A stretch of DNA of 62,490 nt, filler included. It is 4 parts of 4 records of this genome, joined end to end, with 100 filler letters (N's around TTAATTAATTAA, not from the genome) between each part and the next. Parts side by side here need not be neighbours in the genome. Positions count along the whole stretch, not along the records: positions 32,833 to 57,249 come from SRR20825019_55; positions 57,350 to 62,490 come from SRR20825019_56; 2 more parts are not named here. One strand, given 5' to 3'. The notes below the pieces were generated by a model. That model was not told where the DNA came from. It saw only the letters and a list, made by a program, of their open reading frames with translations, and did not search any database. A program made the position numbers and the translations under genes. Positions within the stretch are counted from its first letter, which is position 1. The number at the start of each line of letters is the position of its first letter. Shown here piece by piece: positions 50,558-60,932 of this stretch.

Positions 50558-50702
50558 TAATTAAAATTACAATCGAGTATTGAGCCTTAAAAATTGACCC
50601 ATACACCTAAAGTTTAAACTAGGAATTATAAGTTTCTATAAAAAAATAAAAAACCAGAAACTTAGAATAACCCTGCTATAGACTAACATCAATAAAAAAA
50701 GC

Positions 50703-53075
50703 ATGCAAGACATACCAAATAACCAAAACCAACTCGAAGATCAAGAACTTACTCTTCGTGAGCAACTAGAATCTTACTTGCGTTATTGGCCGTGGTTTAT
50801 AATTTCGGTCTTTATAACTTTGATGGGCGCCTTTATTTACTTGCGCTACACAGTTTCTTCATATAAAGTAACCGCCACTATTTTAATTAAAGACGAAAAA
50901 AGCAATTCTTTTTCTGAACTTTCAGCTTTTCAAGATATGGGCCTTTCAGGCCTTTCAAATTCTGATTTTGACAATGAACTCGTAATCCTAAACTCTAAAT
51001 CCCTTACTGAAAAAGTAGTAGAAGAGCTTAACCTACAAGTAAGTTATTTCAAGGAAGGTAATGTACGCGATGCAGAGGTTTTTTATAATCGCTCTTTTAA
51101 TGTAAAAGTACTTCCTAATCCAGAAAATAAAGAAGCTCCGATAGGCTTTTTACATATAGCTCCCCTCAATAATACTTCCTTCTCCATTAAAATAGATGGG
51201 CAAGATAAGGAAACTCATAATTTTGGAGAACCATTGACTTTTGATTGGGGTACCATAATTGTTTCTCCTAACTTGGAAGTTTTAAATAGACAATCTGAAA
51301 ATAATGAACTTCGCGTTAGTATTAATAATAGAGATGTAGTTGTAAGTAACCTTCGTAACAATATATCAGCTACCCAAGTGAGCCAAAATAGTAGTGTTAT
51401 TGGTTTGGAGCTAGTCTCCCCAGTCCCTGATAAGGCCAAAGCTATTCTAGATGAATTGATTGAACAGTATAATGAGGATGCTATAAACGATAAAAATATG
51501 ATTTCTCTAAATACAGCCAATTTTATTCAAAGTCGTTTAGAAATTATTACAAGCGAGCTGGATAGTGTCGAAACAGGAAAAGTGGAGTTTAAACAGCAAA
51601 ATCGTTTGACTGATATTGCTGCAGAAGGGCAGTTGTTTTTGGAGAATGCAAGTGAGTTTAGTAAGAACCAACTGGAAGTTGAAACTCAAATTGCGCTGAT
51701 TAATATCATGCAGGAGTATATCAATAATGGTAATCCAGATGATTTACTGCCAGCAAACTTAGGTGTTGAAAAAGAGGGTTTTGCTGATGAGATTAACCAA
51801 TTTAATCAATTAGTACTTGAACGCAATAAACTTTTACAAAGTAGTACACCAAAAAACCCTTTGGTTATAGGCCTTGAAAATCAAATTACAGGTTTACGTG
51901 AAAATATAAAACAGAGTCTTTCTAATGTTAAAAATGGCTTGCAGCTACAACGTGGTCGCCTAAACCAGCAAGGCGCCAAAATAGGTGGTGAAATCTCAGC
52001 AATTCCAGCCAAAGAGAAACAATTTAGAAGTATTAGTCGTCAACAAGAGATAAAAGAGACACTATATCTTTACTTATTGCAAAAACGTGAAGAAACAGCT
52101 ATTTCACTTGCCGTTACCACTCCAAAAGCGAAAATTGTTGATAGGGCTTATAGCTCATCTGAACCTGTATCTCCAAAAAAACAGATAATTATGTTGGGTG
52201 CTTTTATATTAGGGCTCTTAATTCCATTTCTCATTATTTATATCCAGCAGCTGTTAGATAATAAAATTAGAAACCGCGCTTACGTAGAACGTAATGGTGG
52301 AGACATACCTATAGTTGGTGAAGTACTTGAAATTGGGAAAAAAGAGAATGACTTAATACAAGTTAACGATTATTCTGTTTTAGCAGAGTCATTTAGAATT
52401 CTGCGTACCAATCTTCAATATTTAGTTCTAAACAAACAAGAGGAAACTGAGAAAGGCAAAGTAATTTTTGTTACTTCCACTGTAAAAGGGGAGGGTAAAA
52501 CCTTTGTTTCTTCTAATCTTGCTATTACTTTGGCAAACAGTGGTGCTAAAGTTGTACTTGTTGGAGCAGATATTCGTAATCCTCAGCTACAACGTTATAT
52601 TCATCACGAATATATAAACAATGGGGTAGTGGAGTATTTGGTTTATAAAGATTCCACAGCAAAAGAGTATTTGCAACATTCAAAAATGCAAGATAACCTT
52701 TGGTTAATGATGAGTGGTACCATTCCTCCAAACCCCGCTGAGTTATGGTTACAAAAAAGATCCGGTGAACTTTTTACTGAACTCTCCAGTCAATTTGATT
52801 TTGTTGTGGTAGATACTGCCCCATCAATGTTAGTAACGGATACGCTACTTATCAATCAATATGCTGATATAACCCTATATACCCTGAGAGCAGGATATAC
52901 CGAAAAGAGGCTTCTAGATTTTCCATTAGAACAAGAAAAAACCAAAAAACTTAAAAATGTCGCTTTCGTTCTAAATAACGTAAGTATGGCTAATTTTGGT
53001 TATGGTAATAAATACGGTTATACCTACGGAAAAGAGAAAAAATCTTTCTTTAAGCGTATGTTTAATTTAAATTAA
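50703..53075 (+). CDS. wzc: Polysaccharide co-polymerase / BY-kinase
   Basis: Two TM flanking a coiled coil; ESFR..RTN; Walker A GEGKT; DIRNP; VVVDTAP; Tyr cluster GYGNKYGYTYG. Confidence 0.92.
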   Translation: MQDIPNNQNQLEDQELTLREQLESYLRYWPWFIISVFITLMGAFIYLRYTVSSYKVTATILIKDEKSNSFSELSAFQDMGLSGLSNSDFDNELVILNSKSLTEKVVEELNLQVSYFKEGNVRDAEVFYNRSFNVKVLPNPENKEAPIGFLHIAPLNNTSFSIKIDGQDKETHNFGEPLTFDWGTIIVSPNLEVLNRQSENNELRVSINNRDVVVSNLRNNISATQVSQNSSVIGLELVSPVPDKAKAILDELIEQYNEDAINDKNMISLNTANFIQSRLEIITSELDSVETGKVEFKQQNRLTDIAAEGQLFLENASEFSKNQLEVETQIALINIMQEYINNGNPDDLLPANLGVEKEGFADEINQFNQLVLERNKLLQSSTPKNPLVIGLENQITGLRENIKQSLSNVKNGLQLQRGRLNQQGAKIGGEISAIPAKEKQFRSISRQQEIKETLYLYLLQKREETAISLAVTTPKAKIVDRAYSSSEPVSPKKQIIMLGAFILGLLIPFLIIYIQQLLDNKIRNRAYVERNGGDIPIVGEVLEIGKKENDLIQVNDYSVLAESFRILRTNLQYLVLNKQEETEKGKVIFVTSTVKGEGKTFVSSNLAITLANSGAKVVLVGADIRNPQLQRYIHHEYINNGVVEYLVYKDSTAKEYLQHSKMQDNLWLMMSGTIPPNPAELWLQKRSGELFTELSSQFDFVVVDTAPSMLVTDTLLINQYADITLYTLRAGYTEKRLLDFPLEQEKTKKLKNVAFVLNNVSMANFGYGNKYGYTYGKEKKSFFKRMFNLN

Positions 53076-53083
53076 TACTCTAA

Positions 53084-54421
53084 ATGAAGTTTTTGCAATT
53101 AATCATCTTGCTTTCTACCATGATGGTTTTTTCGCAGGAATTTACTTTAAATGGCAATGTTGCAGCAACAGCAATAGTATCTTCTGAAAATGAAATCCCA
53201 TTTTGGTTTCATACTAATACTAATTTTTCAATTGCCGAATTAACAAATGCTTCCATAACCGGGGAGATAACAGCAAAATTAAAATTTTCCTCATTCAATA
53301 TTAATGCTGGCACAGCAATATATGGTCGGGATGGAGTTGAAGATGCTGTGCAACGTAGGGATTTATATATTCAGTTTGAAAATCCTTGGCTTTTCGCAAC
53401 CCTGGGATCTAAAAAGGAAGCTGAAGTTTTGGATGGACTTTCCGCTACAAATCAAAATTTTCTATTATCAGGTAATGCTAGACCTTTACCTGGAATTATT
53501 TTGGAAGCAAATAACCCTCTTAAAATTTCAAATACTTTTGCTTTAGATTGGGCATTAGCACATTATACACTAAATGACGATAGATATGTAGAAAGTCCTA
53601 ATTTACACTATAAGAAATTAGCGTTTATTACTACGTTTAACGAAAAACATAAAATAACCGCTAAAGTACAACATTATGCGCAGTGGGGTGGTATCTCACC
53701 AGAATATGGTAAGTTGAGAAGTGGCACTAAAGATTTTATTAATGTTTTTTTCGCACATAGCACATCTGAAATTGAAATAGATAATGAGGTAATAAATAAA
53801 GTAGGAAATCATATAGGTTCTTATTTTCTTGAATATGAATTAAAAAATAAATTCGGTGAATTTTCTATCTATCATGACCACCCTTTTGAAGACGGATCTG
53901 GTTCTGGTTTAAAAAATTTTCCAGACGGTCTTTGGGGTATTAATTTTAAACCCATTAAGCACAATCTTTTTTCTTCAATTTTATACGAATATATCGATAC
54001 AATGAGTCAAAGCGGTGCTATTGGCGGAAGTGGTAGGGACAATTATTTTAATAATTCAATTTATAGAGATGGATGGTCTTATGAGGAAAACATTATAGGT
54101 TTACCTTTTATTTTATTTGATATCAATAATGAAAATTTAAATAATATACTACCAATATATAGCAATCGCTCTAAGACACATCATTTTGGCGTATCTGGAG
54201 AGTTTAAAAAATTTCAGTGGAAATTAAAAAGCACCTATTCAAAATATTTTGGAACATACTACAAGCCCATAATTCCCGAATGGAAATATTGGTATAATTA
54301 CGGGTCACTTTCCTATAAAGCTGAAAAACTAGGGACTTTTACCGTACTAGGCGGTGTGGATTTTTCAAATGTATCGAAAACCCTTATTGGTGGCGGAATT
54401 CAATATTCGTATAGTTTCTAA
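53084..54421 (+). CDS. Capsule assembly Wzi family outer-membrane protein
   Basis: Signal peptide; PFWFHTN, SGNARPLP, GNHIGSY, RDNYFNN; C-terminal YSF. Confidence 0.8.
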   Translation: MKFLQLIILLSTMMVFSQEFTLNGNVAATAIVSSENEIPFWFHTNTNFSIAELTNASITGEITAKLKFSSFNINAGTAIYGRDGVEDAVQRRDLYIQFENPWLFATLGSKKEAEVLDGLSATNQNFLLSGNARPLPGIILEANNPLKISNTFALDWALAHYTLNDDRYVESPNLHYKKLAFITTFNEKHKITAKVQHYAQWGGISPEYGKLRSGTKDFINVFFAHSTSEIEIDNEVINKVGNHIGSYFLEYELKNKFGEFSIYHDHPFEDGSGSGLKNFPDGLWGINFKPIKHNLFSSILYEYIDTMSQSGAIGGSGRDNYFNNSIYRDGWSYEENIIGLPFILFDINNENLNNILPIYSNRSKTHHFGVSGEFKKFQWKLKSTYSKYFGTYYKPIIPEWKYWYNYGSLSYKAEKLGTFTVLGGVDFSNVSKTLIGGGIQYSYSF

Positions 54422-55422
54422 ATTTCGTCAGCACCATAAATTAATTCAATAAACTCAGGTTTCGAGATATCTCCAAAATACTCGTTGGTATTTATATTTT
54501 TTAAGATTTCAGAAATAGTTTCTTTTTCATAACGTGTATTTATCAATAGCTTTTCAAGCTTTTCTACAGGTTCTTTTCCAAAGAAATCGCCAAAAATTTT
54601 AAAATCTTTTATATGCCCTTTTTCTACAAAAATTCGTAAATCTATTTCACCAATAGTAAAACGTTTGCTTCGCTGGATGTTGAATTTAGGCGATCTGCCA
54701 TAATTCCAATCCCAAGTGTCATATTTTTCTTCTTTTAATTCATGCACTTTTTTCCACTCATCAGCTGTTAAATGATAGCTTTCAAAGGGTTCACTTTCTT
54801 CATACAACCCTTCCAACAAAAGTTGTCTAAACGTTTCAATTTCCATTGGGTTTTTTAAAAACTCTGTAATATTTGCCACACGACTTCGTACTGATTTATG
54901 TCCTTTAGATTCAATCTTACTCATTTTAACATTTAAAGCGTTTACAACTTCCCCTAAATTAGTGTTGAAGAGTAAAGTTCCGTGGCTAACCATACGTTTT
55001 CCAGTAGAAAACTGAGCAGTTCCAGATATTTTTTTTTCTGCTACTTGAATATCATTTCTACCTTTTAACTCCGCATCAAGTCCAAAATTTTTAAGCACTT
55101 TTATTACAGGCGCAGTAAATTTTTGAAAATTGCTCAAACTTTTCACATCGTGATTTGTAATAAAACTAAAATTAAGATTTCCAAAATCATGGTATACCGC
55201 ACCACCTCCAGAGATTCGCCTAACCACATGAATGTTATTTTTTTCAATATATTCATGGTTTATTTCCTCTAACGTATTCTGATTTCGACCAATAATAATG
55301 GACGGTTCATTTATATAAAACAATAAATAATCAGTTTCAGAGCTAAAATTACGAAGCGCATATTCTTCAAGCGCAAGGTTTAGTTTAGGATTGGTAATAC
55401 CGTTGTTTTCTATAAAAATCAT
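54418..55422 (-). CDS. lplA: Lipoate--protein ligase A
   Basis: NLALEE, IIGRNQN, RRISGGGAVYHD, KISGTAQ, HGTLL, SVRSRV; -7 element TACCTTTG at 55442-55449 (-). Confidence 0.93.
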   Translation of the reverse strand: MIFIENNGITNPKLNLALEEYALRNFSSETDYLLFYINEPSIIIGRNQNTLEEINHEYIEKNNIHVVRRISGGGAVYHDFGNLNFSFITNHDVKSLSNFQKFTAPVIKVLKNFGLDAELKGRNDIQVAEKKISGTAQFSTGKRMVSHGTLLFNTNLGEVVNALNVKMSKIESKGHKSVRSRVANITEFLKNPMEIETFRQLLLEGLYEESEPFESYHLTADEWKKVHELKEEKYDTWDWNYGRSPKFNIQRSKRFTIGEIDLRIFVEKGHIKDFKIFGDFFGKEPVEKLEKLLINTRYEKETISEILKNINTNEYFGDISKPEFIELIYGADEI

Positions 55423-55519
55423 ATTCTTTTTAATTTCAAAACAAAGGTAACTAAAATGAGGTTTTATTTTCAGCAGATGAAAATTTGCTATAATGATTTA
55501 ACAACTATCTTTGCCAGCA

Positions 55520-57076
55520 ATGAGTAAATTGGTCCAAATAGCTGTATTGCCACATCAACAAGAGGATTTAGAATATATCCTTGAGCTTGCTTTGGAAAAA
55601 GAAAAATTACGAAGAGAAAATATAAGTGACTGGAGAATACGGAAACGTTCTATTGATGCCCGTAGAAAACCCATAAAAATCAACTTACAAATTGAATTTT
55701 GGTTGAAAGGTGAAAATAGAGCAACCATTTCTCCTTTTATTCCTCAAAATGTTTCTGAAGCAAAACAAATTGCAATAATTGGCGCAGGCCCAGCTGGACT
55801 TTATGCGGCCTTACGCGCTATTGAAGCTGGTATGAAACCTATCGTTTTTGAGCGTGGAAAAGACGTTCGTGAGCGTAGAAGAGATTTGGCAACAATCAAC
55901 AAAGATCAAATTGTAAACCCAGAAAGCAACTATTGTTTTGGTGAAGGCGGTGCTGGAACCTATTCTGATGGAAAACTTTATACGCGTTCTAAAAAACGTG
56001 GAAATGTACTAAAAGCCATAGAATGGTTTGTGCATTTTGGAGCAGATGAAGCTATTTTGGTAGACGCACATCCGCATATTGGTACCAATAAACTTCCAAA
56101 GATAATTACTGCCATGCGCGAAGCAATTATTGAAAATGGAGGAGAAGTGCATTTCAATTCAAAATTAACTGATATAAAGCTCAAAGCGAATGCTATTGAA
56201 GCTATTCAAATAAACACTAAGGAATGGCGAAATTTTGATGATGTTATACTTGCAACTGGTCATTCTGCAAGAGATATATTTTATTTACTTCATTCAAAAA
56301 ACATAAAAATTGAGGCAAAACCGTTTGCAATTGGAGTCCGTGTTGAGCATCAACAAGAGCTTATAGACTTTATACAATATCACGGTGAAGATGATAATCA
56401 ATACCTTCCGCCAGCCAGTTATGCATTGGTTGAGCAAGTTGACGGATTGGGTGTTTATTCATTTTGTATGTGTCCCGGTGGAATTATTGCGCCATGCGCT
56501 ACAGAACAGGAAGAGGTTGTTACAAATGGTTGGAGCCCGAGCAAACGAAACAATCCGTATGCAAATAGTGGGATTGTAGTAAGTGTTGCACCTAATGATT
56601 TACCCAATTTTAAAGAGAATGATCCTTTTGTCTGCCTCGATTTTCAAAAATTTGTCGAGCAACGTTGTTGGGAAGCAGGAGGGAAGACCCAAAAAGTTCC
56701 TGCACAACGAATGATAGATTTTGTGGAAGGAAAAATTTCGGAAGATTTCCCTAAAACGTCATACCAACCAGGGATTGTTTCTGCAGATTTAAACGAAGTG
56801 CTTCCACCGTTAATTTCCAAACGGTTGAAAAAAGCTTTTATAGCTTTTGGAAAAAAAATGAATGGATATTATACCAATCAAGCTGTACTGCATGCGCCAG
56901 AGAGTAGAACTTCGTCTCCAATTTCTGTACCTCGAAATCCTGAAACTTTGGAACATATTGAAGTAAAAGGACTGTATCCTTGTGGTGAAGGTGCGGGTTA
57001 TGCTGGTGGAATTATTTCTGCTGCAATCGATGGTATTAATTGTGTGGATGCAATTGTAGCTAAAAGGAAAGTATAA
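55520..57076 (+). CDS. FAD-dependent oxidoreductase (uncharacterised conserved family)
   Basis: IIGAGPAGL, FGEGGAGTYSDGKL, PHIGT, FCMCPGG, ESRTSSP, GEGAGYAGGI; promoter TTTG 55484 / TATCTTTG 55506 supports ATG 55520. Confidence 0.88.
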   Translation: MSKLVQIAVLPHQQEDLEYILELALEKEKLRRENISDWRIRKRSIDARRKPIKINLQIEFWLKGENRATISPFIPQNVSEAKQIAIIGAGPAGLYAALRAIEAGMKPIVFERGKDVRERRRDLATINKDQIVNPESNYCFGEGGAGTYSDGKLYTRSKKRGNVLKAIEWFVHFGADEAILVDAHPHIGTNKLPKIITAMREAIIENGGEVHFNSKLTDIKLKANAIEAIQINTKEWRNFDDVILATGHSARDIFYLLHSKNIKIEAKPFAIGVRVEHQQELIDFIQYHGEDDNQYLPPASYALVEQVDGLGVYSFCMCPGGIIAPCATEQEEVVTNGWSPSKRNNPYANSGIVVSVAPNDLPNFKENDPFVCLDFQKFVEQRCWEAGGKTQKVPAQRMIDFVEGKISEDFPKTSYQPGIVSADLNEVLPPLISKRLKKAFIAFGKKMNGYYTNQAVLHAPESRTSSPISVPRNPETLEHIEVKGLYPCGEGAGYAGGIISAAIDGINCVDAIVAKRKV

Positions 57077-57143
57077 ACTTATTAAAGTTTTTGTTTTATA
57101 TAGCTAACGAATTAGTAGGGCGTCGTAAAAATGATTTTAACGA

Positions 57144-57178
57144 ATAAAAAAAGCTACCAAAATGGTAGCTTTTTTTAT
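57144..57178. terminator. Bidirectional intrinsic terminator
   Basis: ataaaaaaagctacca-aaa-tggtagctttttttat between convergent genes. Confidence 0.88.
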
Positions 57179-57194
57179 ATAAATTCTAGTGGAA

Positions 57195-57248
57195 TTACTT
57201 TATTTCAAGTAGTTCTAAATCAAATATTAAATCTTTTCCAGCTAATGG
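57195..57248 (-). CDS. FKBP-type peptidyl-prolyl isomerase (SlyD/FkpB-like), C-terminal fragment not in the ORF track
   Basis: Minus strand reads PLAGKDLIFDLELLEIK*, the characteristic (NH)PLAG..L.F C-terminus. Confidence 0.8.
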   Translation of the reverse strand, partial: PLAGKDLIFDLELLEIK

Positions 57249-57249
57249 A

Positions 57250-57349
57250 NNNNNNNNNNNNNNNNNNNNNNNNNNNNNNNNNNNNNNNNNNNNTTAATTA
57301 ATTAANNNNNNNNNNNNNNNNNNNNNNNNNNNNNNNNNNNNNNNNNNNN
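57250..57349. other. Artificial contig-joining spacer
   Basis: 44 N + TTAATTAATTAA + 44 N. Confidence 0.99.
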
Positions 57350-57883
57350 GAAGGAGGAACTTCGTTTATGGAAGATTATACCTATCATTTTACTCCTGAA
57401 AAATCGTATGTATTAGGCTCGCATATGCTAGAAATATGTTCTTCTATTGCCGATGGAAAACCTTCTTGTGAAGTACATCCTTTAGGAATTGGAGGGAAAG
57501 AAGACCCTGTTCGATTGGTTTTTAATTCGCCTGCTGGTCCTGCAATTAATGCTTCTTTAATAGATATGGGGAATCGTTTTAGATTAATTGTTAATGAAGT
57601 AGAAGCTGTGGAACCAATGGCAGATTTACCTAAATTGCCAGTTGCAAGAGTACTTTGGGATTGTAAACCAAGTCTTGAAGAAGCTACTACCGCTTGGATT
57701 CTAGCTGGTGGAGCTCATCATACGGTATACTCCCAAGCACTTACTACTGCATATATGGAAGATTTTGCAGATATTGCAGGAATTGAATTATTAGTAATTG
57801 ATGATAAAACAAGTATTCGTGAATTTAAGAATACTCTCAATGCAAATGAATCGTATTATCATTTATTTCAACATAGAATGTAA
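57350..57883 (+). CDS. araA: L-arabinose isomerase, C-terminal fragment
   Basis: [45 protein letters not shown]. Confidence 0.95.
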   Translation, partial: EGGTSFMEDYTYHFTPEKSYVLGSHMLEICSSIADGKPSCEVHPLGIGGKEDPVRLVFNSPAGPAINASLIDMGNRFRLIVNEVEAVEPMADLPKLPVARVLWDCKPSLEEATTAWILAGGAHHTVYSQALTTAYMEDFADIAGIELLVIDDKTSIREFKNTLNANESYYHLFQHRM

Positions 57884-57995
57884 CCTTCTAAACCTAAATA
57901 GATTATGAAATGCCCATTAACAACTTTATCAAACACATAGATATGATGATTGTGGGTATTACATCTGACCTTTTTAAAATAATAAATATTAACAG

Positions 57996-59189
57996 ATGAA
58001 TTCATTTAAACAAAACTTAAAGTATATTTCACTGGTGTGTCTTGCTGTTGTTTTTACTCAATGTAAAACAAAATCGGAAAAAGCAACTGCTAATTCAGAG
58101 CAAAGTGAGATACAAGAAAACACCGAAGCTCTCCATATTTCAACCTCAGAATTTGGAAAACTTCCTTCCGGAGAAAAAATTACAAAATACCAGCTTACAA
58201 ACAAGCATGGTATGGAGGTAGCTATTATTAATTACGGAGGGGTTATTACCAACTTAAAAGTTCCAGATAAAAATGGAGCTATTGAAGATGTAGTTTTAGG
58301 ATTTGATTCTTTAGAAGATTATTTAATTCCGCCACCATATTTTGGAGCCATTATTGGACGTTATGGCAATAGAATTGCTGGGGGTAAATTCGCAATCGAT
58401 GGAGAAGAATATACCTTAGCTCAAAATGATGGAAAAAACCATTTACATGGAGGAAATAAAGGTTTTGATAAAGTTGTTTGGGAAGTAAAGCCAATACAAG
58501 AAAAGGATTATTTAGCACTACAACTTTCTTATACAAGTAAGGATATGGAAGAAGGGTATCCAGGAAATTTAAAAACTATTGTTACTTATACATTAGACAA
58601 CACAAATACATTAAAGGTTGCGTATGAAGCTACAACCGACAAGAAAACGGTGGTAAATCTTACTCAACATTCGTATTTTAATTTATCGGGAGATTTTTCT
58701 AAAACTATTTTAGATCATCAGATTATGATTAATGCTGATGCTTTTCTGCCTGTAGATTCGTCTTTAATTCCAACAGGAGAATTTAAAGATGTTGCTGGAA
58801 CTCCATTCGATTTTAGGTCTCCTAAAGTTATAGGAAAAGAAATCAATACCGAAAACGAACAGTTAGAGCGTGGCTTGGGTTACGATCATTGTTGGGTTTT
58901 AAATAACCAAAATAACGGTCAGCAATTAGCAGCTACGGCTTATGATCCTGAGAGTGGGAGAATTATGGAAGTTTTTACCGATGAACCTGGAATTCAATTT
59001 TACACTGGTAACTTTTTGGATGGTACATTGCCTGCTAAAGGGGGAGGAACATATGCTAAGCGAACAGGTTTTTGTTTAGAGACTCAGCATTATCCAGATT
59101 CTCCTAATCAAAAAGAATTTCCTTCGGTGGAATTAAAACCTGGAGAGACTTATAAAACAGAAACATCTTTTAAATTTTCAACTAAATAA
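57996..59189 (+). CDS. galM: Aldose 1-epimerase (mutarotase), predicted lipoprotein
   Basis: GRYGNRI, HLHGG, EEGYPG, NLTQHSYFNL, GYDHCW, CLETQHYPD; lipobox-like FTQC. Confidence 0.9.
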   Translation: MNSFKQNLKYISLVCLAVVFTQCKTKSEKATANSEQSEIQENTEALHISTSEFGKLPSGEKITKYQLTNKHGMEVAIINYGGVITNLKVPDKNGAIEDVVLGFDSLEDYLIPPPYFGAIIGRYGNRIAGGKFAIDGEEYTLAQNDGKNHLHGGNKGFDKVVWEVKPIQEKDYLALQLSYTSKDMEEGYPGNLKTIVTYTLDNTNTLKVAYEATTDKKTVVNLTQHSYFNLSGDFSKTILDHQIMINADAFLPVDSSLIPTGEFKDVAGTPFDFRSPKVIGKEINTENEQLERGLGYDHCWVLNNQNNGQQLAATAYDPESGRIMEVFTDEPGIQFYTGNFLDGTLPAKGGGTYAKRTGFCLETQHYPDSPNQKEFPSVELKPGETYKTETSFKFSTK

Positions 59190-59191
59190 TC

Positions 59192-60811
59192 ATGCAATTA
59201 CTAGATACTTTTGATTGGATCACGATTTCAATTTATTTTGCTGTTCTTATAGGAATAGCGGTTTGGGTAATCAAAAAGAAAAACTCAAATACAGAAGATT
59301 ATTTTCTTGCTGGTCGTAATGTGGGCTGGTTTGTAGTGGGAGCTTCCATTTTTGCTTCCAATATTGGTTCAGAACATGTGGTAGGACTTGCTGGTGCTGG
59401 TGCTGGAAATAAATTGCCTATGCTTATTTATGAAATTCAAGCTTGGGTAGTCCTTATTCTAGGATGGGTGTTTTTACCCTTTTACGCACGTAGTGGGGTA
59501 TTTACAATGCCAGAATTTTTAGAAAAAAGATTTGATGCTCGATCACGTTGGGTGCTTTCCGTTTTCTCAATTATTGCATATGTCCTTACTAAAATTTCTG
59601 TAACCATATATGCTGGAGGGGTTGTAGTAGCGGCTTTATTAGGAATCGATTTTTGGACAGGTGCTTTAGGAACCGTAATACTTACAGGTATTTATACCGT
59701 TTTAGGAGGAATGAGAGCAGTTGTTTATACAGAAACACTACAAGCTATTATCTTAGTTATTGGAGCAGCAGCACTTACTTTTATTGGTCTAGATAAAGTT
59801 GGCGGATGGGAGAGTATGGCAGATACAGTAGGACCAGAATATTTAAATATGTGGCGACCAATGAACGACCCAAACTTCCCGTGGTTGCCATTGCTTATTG
59901 CTAGTACCATTACTGGGATATGGTATTGGTGTACCGATCAATACATTGTTCAGCGTACCCTAACTGCTAAAAATATAAAAGAAGGACGAAGAGGAACTAT
60001 TTTTGGTGCGTTACTAAAACTTTTACCTGTATTCTTGTTTTTAGTACCTGGAATTATAGCACTTACCCTAAAAATGAGAGGAGAATTAAATTGGGATAGC
60101 CCAGATGAGGCCTTTCCTGTTTTAATGAGTAATTTACTTCCTTCTGGATTGCGTGGTTTGGTAGCTGCTGGGTTATTAGCAGCTCTTATGAGTTCTTTGG
60201 CGTCGGTATTTAATTCGTGTTCTACACTTTTTACAGTTGATATTTATAAGAAGTTGAGACCAAATACTCCTGAAAAGAAATTAGTTAGAACAGGACAGTT
60301 TGCTACAGGGATTATAGTAATTATTGGTATTATTTGGATTCCTATTATGGCAAATATCTCTGGAGTATTATATGAGTATTTGCAAAGTGTTCAATCTTAT
60401 ATAGCACCTCCTATTACAGCAGTGTTCTTATTGGGAATATTCTCAAAAAGAATCAATGCAACAGGGGCATTTATAACTTTGGTAACAGGATTAATTGTAG
60501 CTGCACTTAGAATAGTATTAGAACTTATTAAGGAGTCTCTTAATCCAGATGGTGTGTTGTATTATATAGGACACATGAACTTCCTATATTTTGCATCTTG
60601 GTTCTTCCTTTTCTGTGTAATATTGATTGTGGTAGTAAGTTTCCTTTCGCCTGCACCATCAAAAGAAAAGGTAGAAAATCTTACCTATCAAACTATTACT
60701 GAAGAAGAAAAACGTAACAATAAAGTAAGTTATTCATGGATAGATATTTTAGTATCTATACTAATTATAGTTATTGTTATAGGGGTTATGATGTTTTTTA
60801 ACGGAGCATAG
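59192..60811 (+). CDS. Sodium:solute (sugar) symporter, SGLT-like
   Basis: YFLAGR, ASNIGSEH, TMPEFLEKRF, WYWCTDQYIVQR, LMSSLAS.FNS. Confidence 0.93.
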   Translation: MQLLDTFDWITISIYFAVLIGIAVWVIKKKNSNTEDYFLAGRNVGWFVVGASIFASNIGSEHVVGLAGAGAGNKLPMLIYEIQAWVVLILGWVFLPFYARSGVFTMPEFLEKRFDARSRWVLSVFSIIAYVLTKISVTIYAGGVVVAALLGIDFWTGALGTVILTGIYTVLGGMRAVVYTETLQAIILVIGAAALTFIGLDKVGGWESMADTVGPEYLNMWRPMNDPNFPWLPLLIASTITGIWYWCTDQYIVQRTLTAKNIKEGRRGTIFGALLKLLPVFLFLVPGIIALTLKMRGELNWDSPDEAFPVLMSNLLPSGLRGLVAAGLLAALMSSLASVFNSCSTLFTVDIYKKLRPNTPEKKLVRTGQFATGIIVIIGIIWIPIMANISGVLYEYLQSVQSYIAPPITAVFLLGIFSKRINATGAFITLVTGLIVAALRIVLELIKESLNPDGVLYYIGHMNFLYFASWFFLFCVILIVVVSFLSPAPSKEKVENLTYQTITEEEKRNNKVSYSWIDILVSILIIVIVIGVMMFFNGA

Positions 60812-60887
60812 AGGTTAGAATATAAAAATAGAACTTGTTTTGGTAGAATCGTACTAAGCTTTCAATTTTTTTGCACGAGTTTATACA

Positions 60888-60932
60888 ATATGCATTCATA
60901 CTTAAGTAATTAGTATGAATGCATATATTTTT
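60888..60932 (+). terminator. Long AT-rich hairpin, probable terminator of the ara operon
   Basis: Perfect 15-bp inverted repeat atatgcattcatact / agtatgaatgcatat, 9-nt loop, then a T tract. Confidence 0.6.

Noticed and set aside
54418-54421. 4-nt stop-codon overlap of convergent wzi-like and lplA genes
   Set aside because: A common compact arrangement with no further evidence of antisense regulation.
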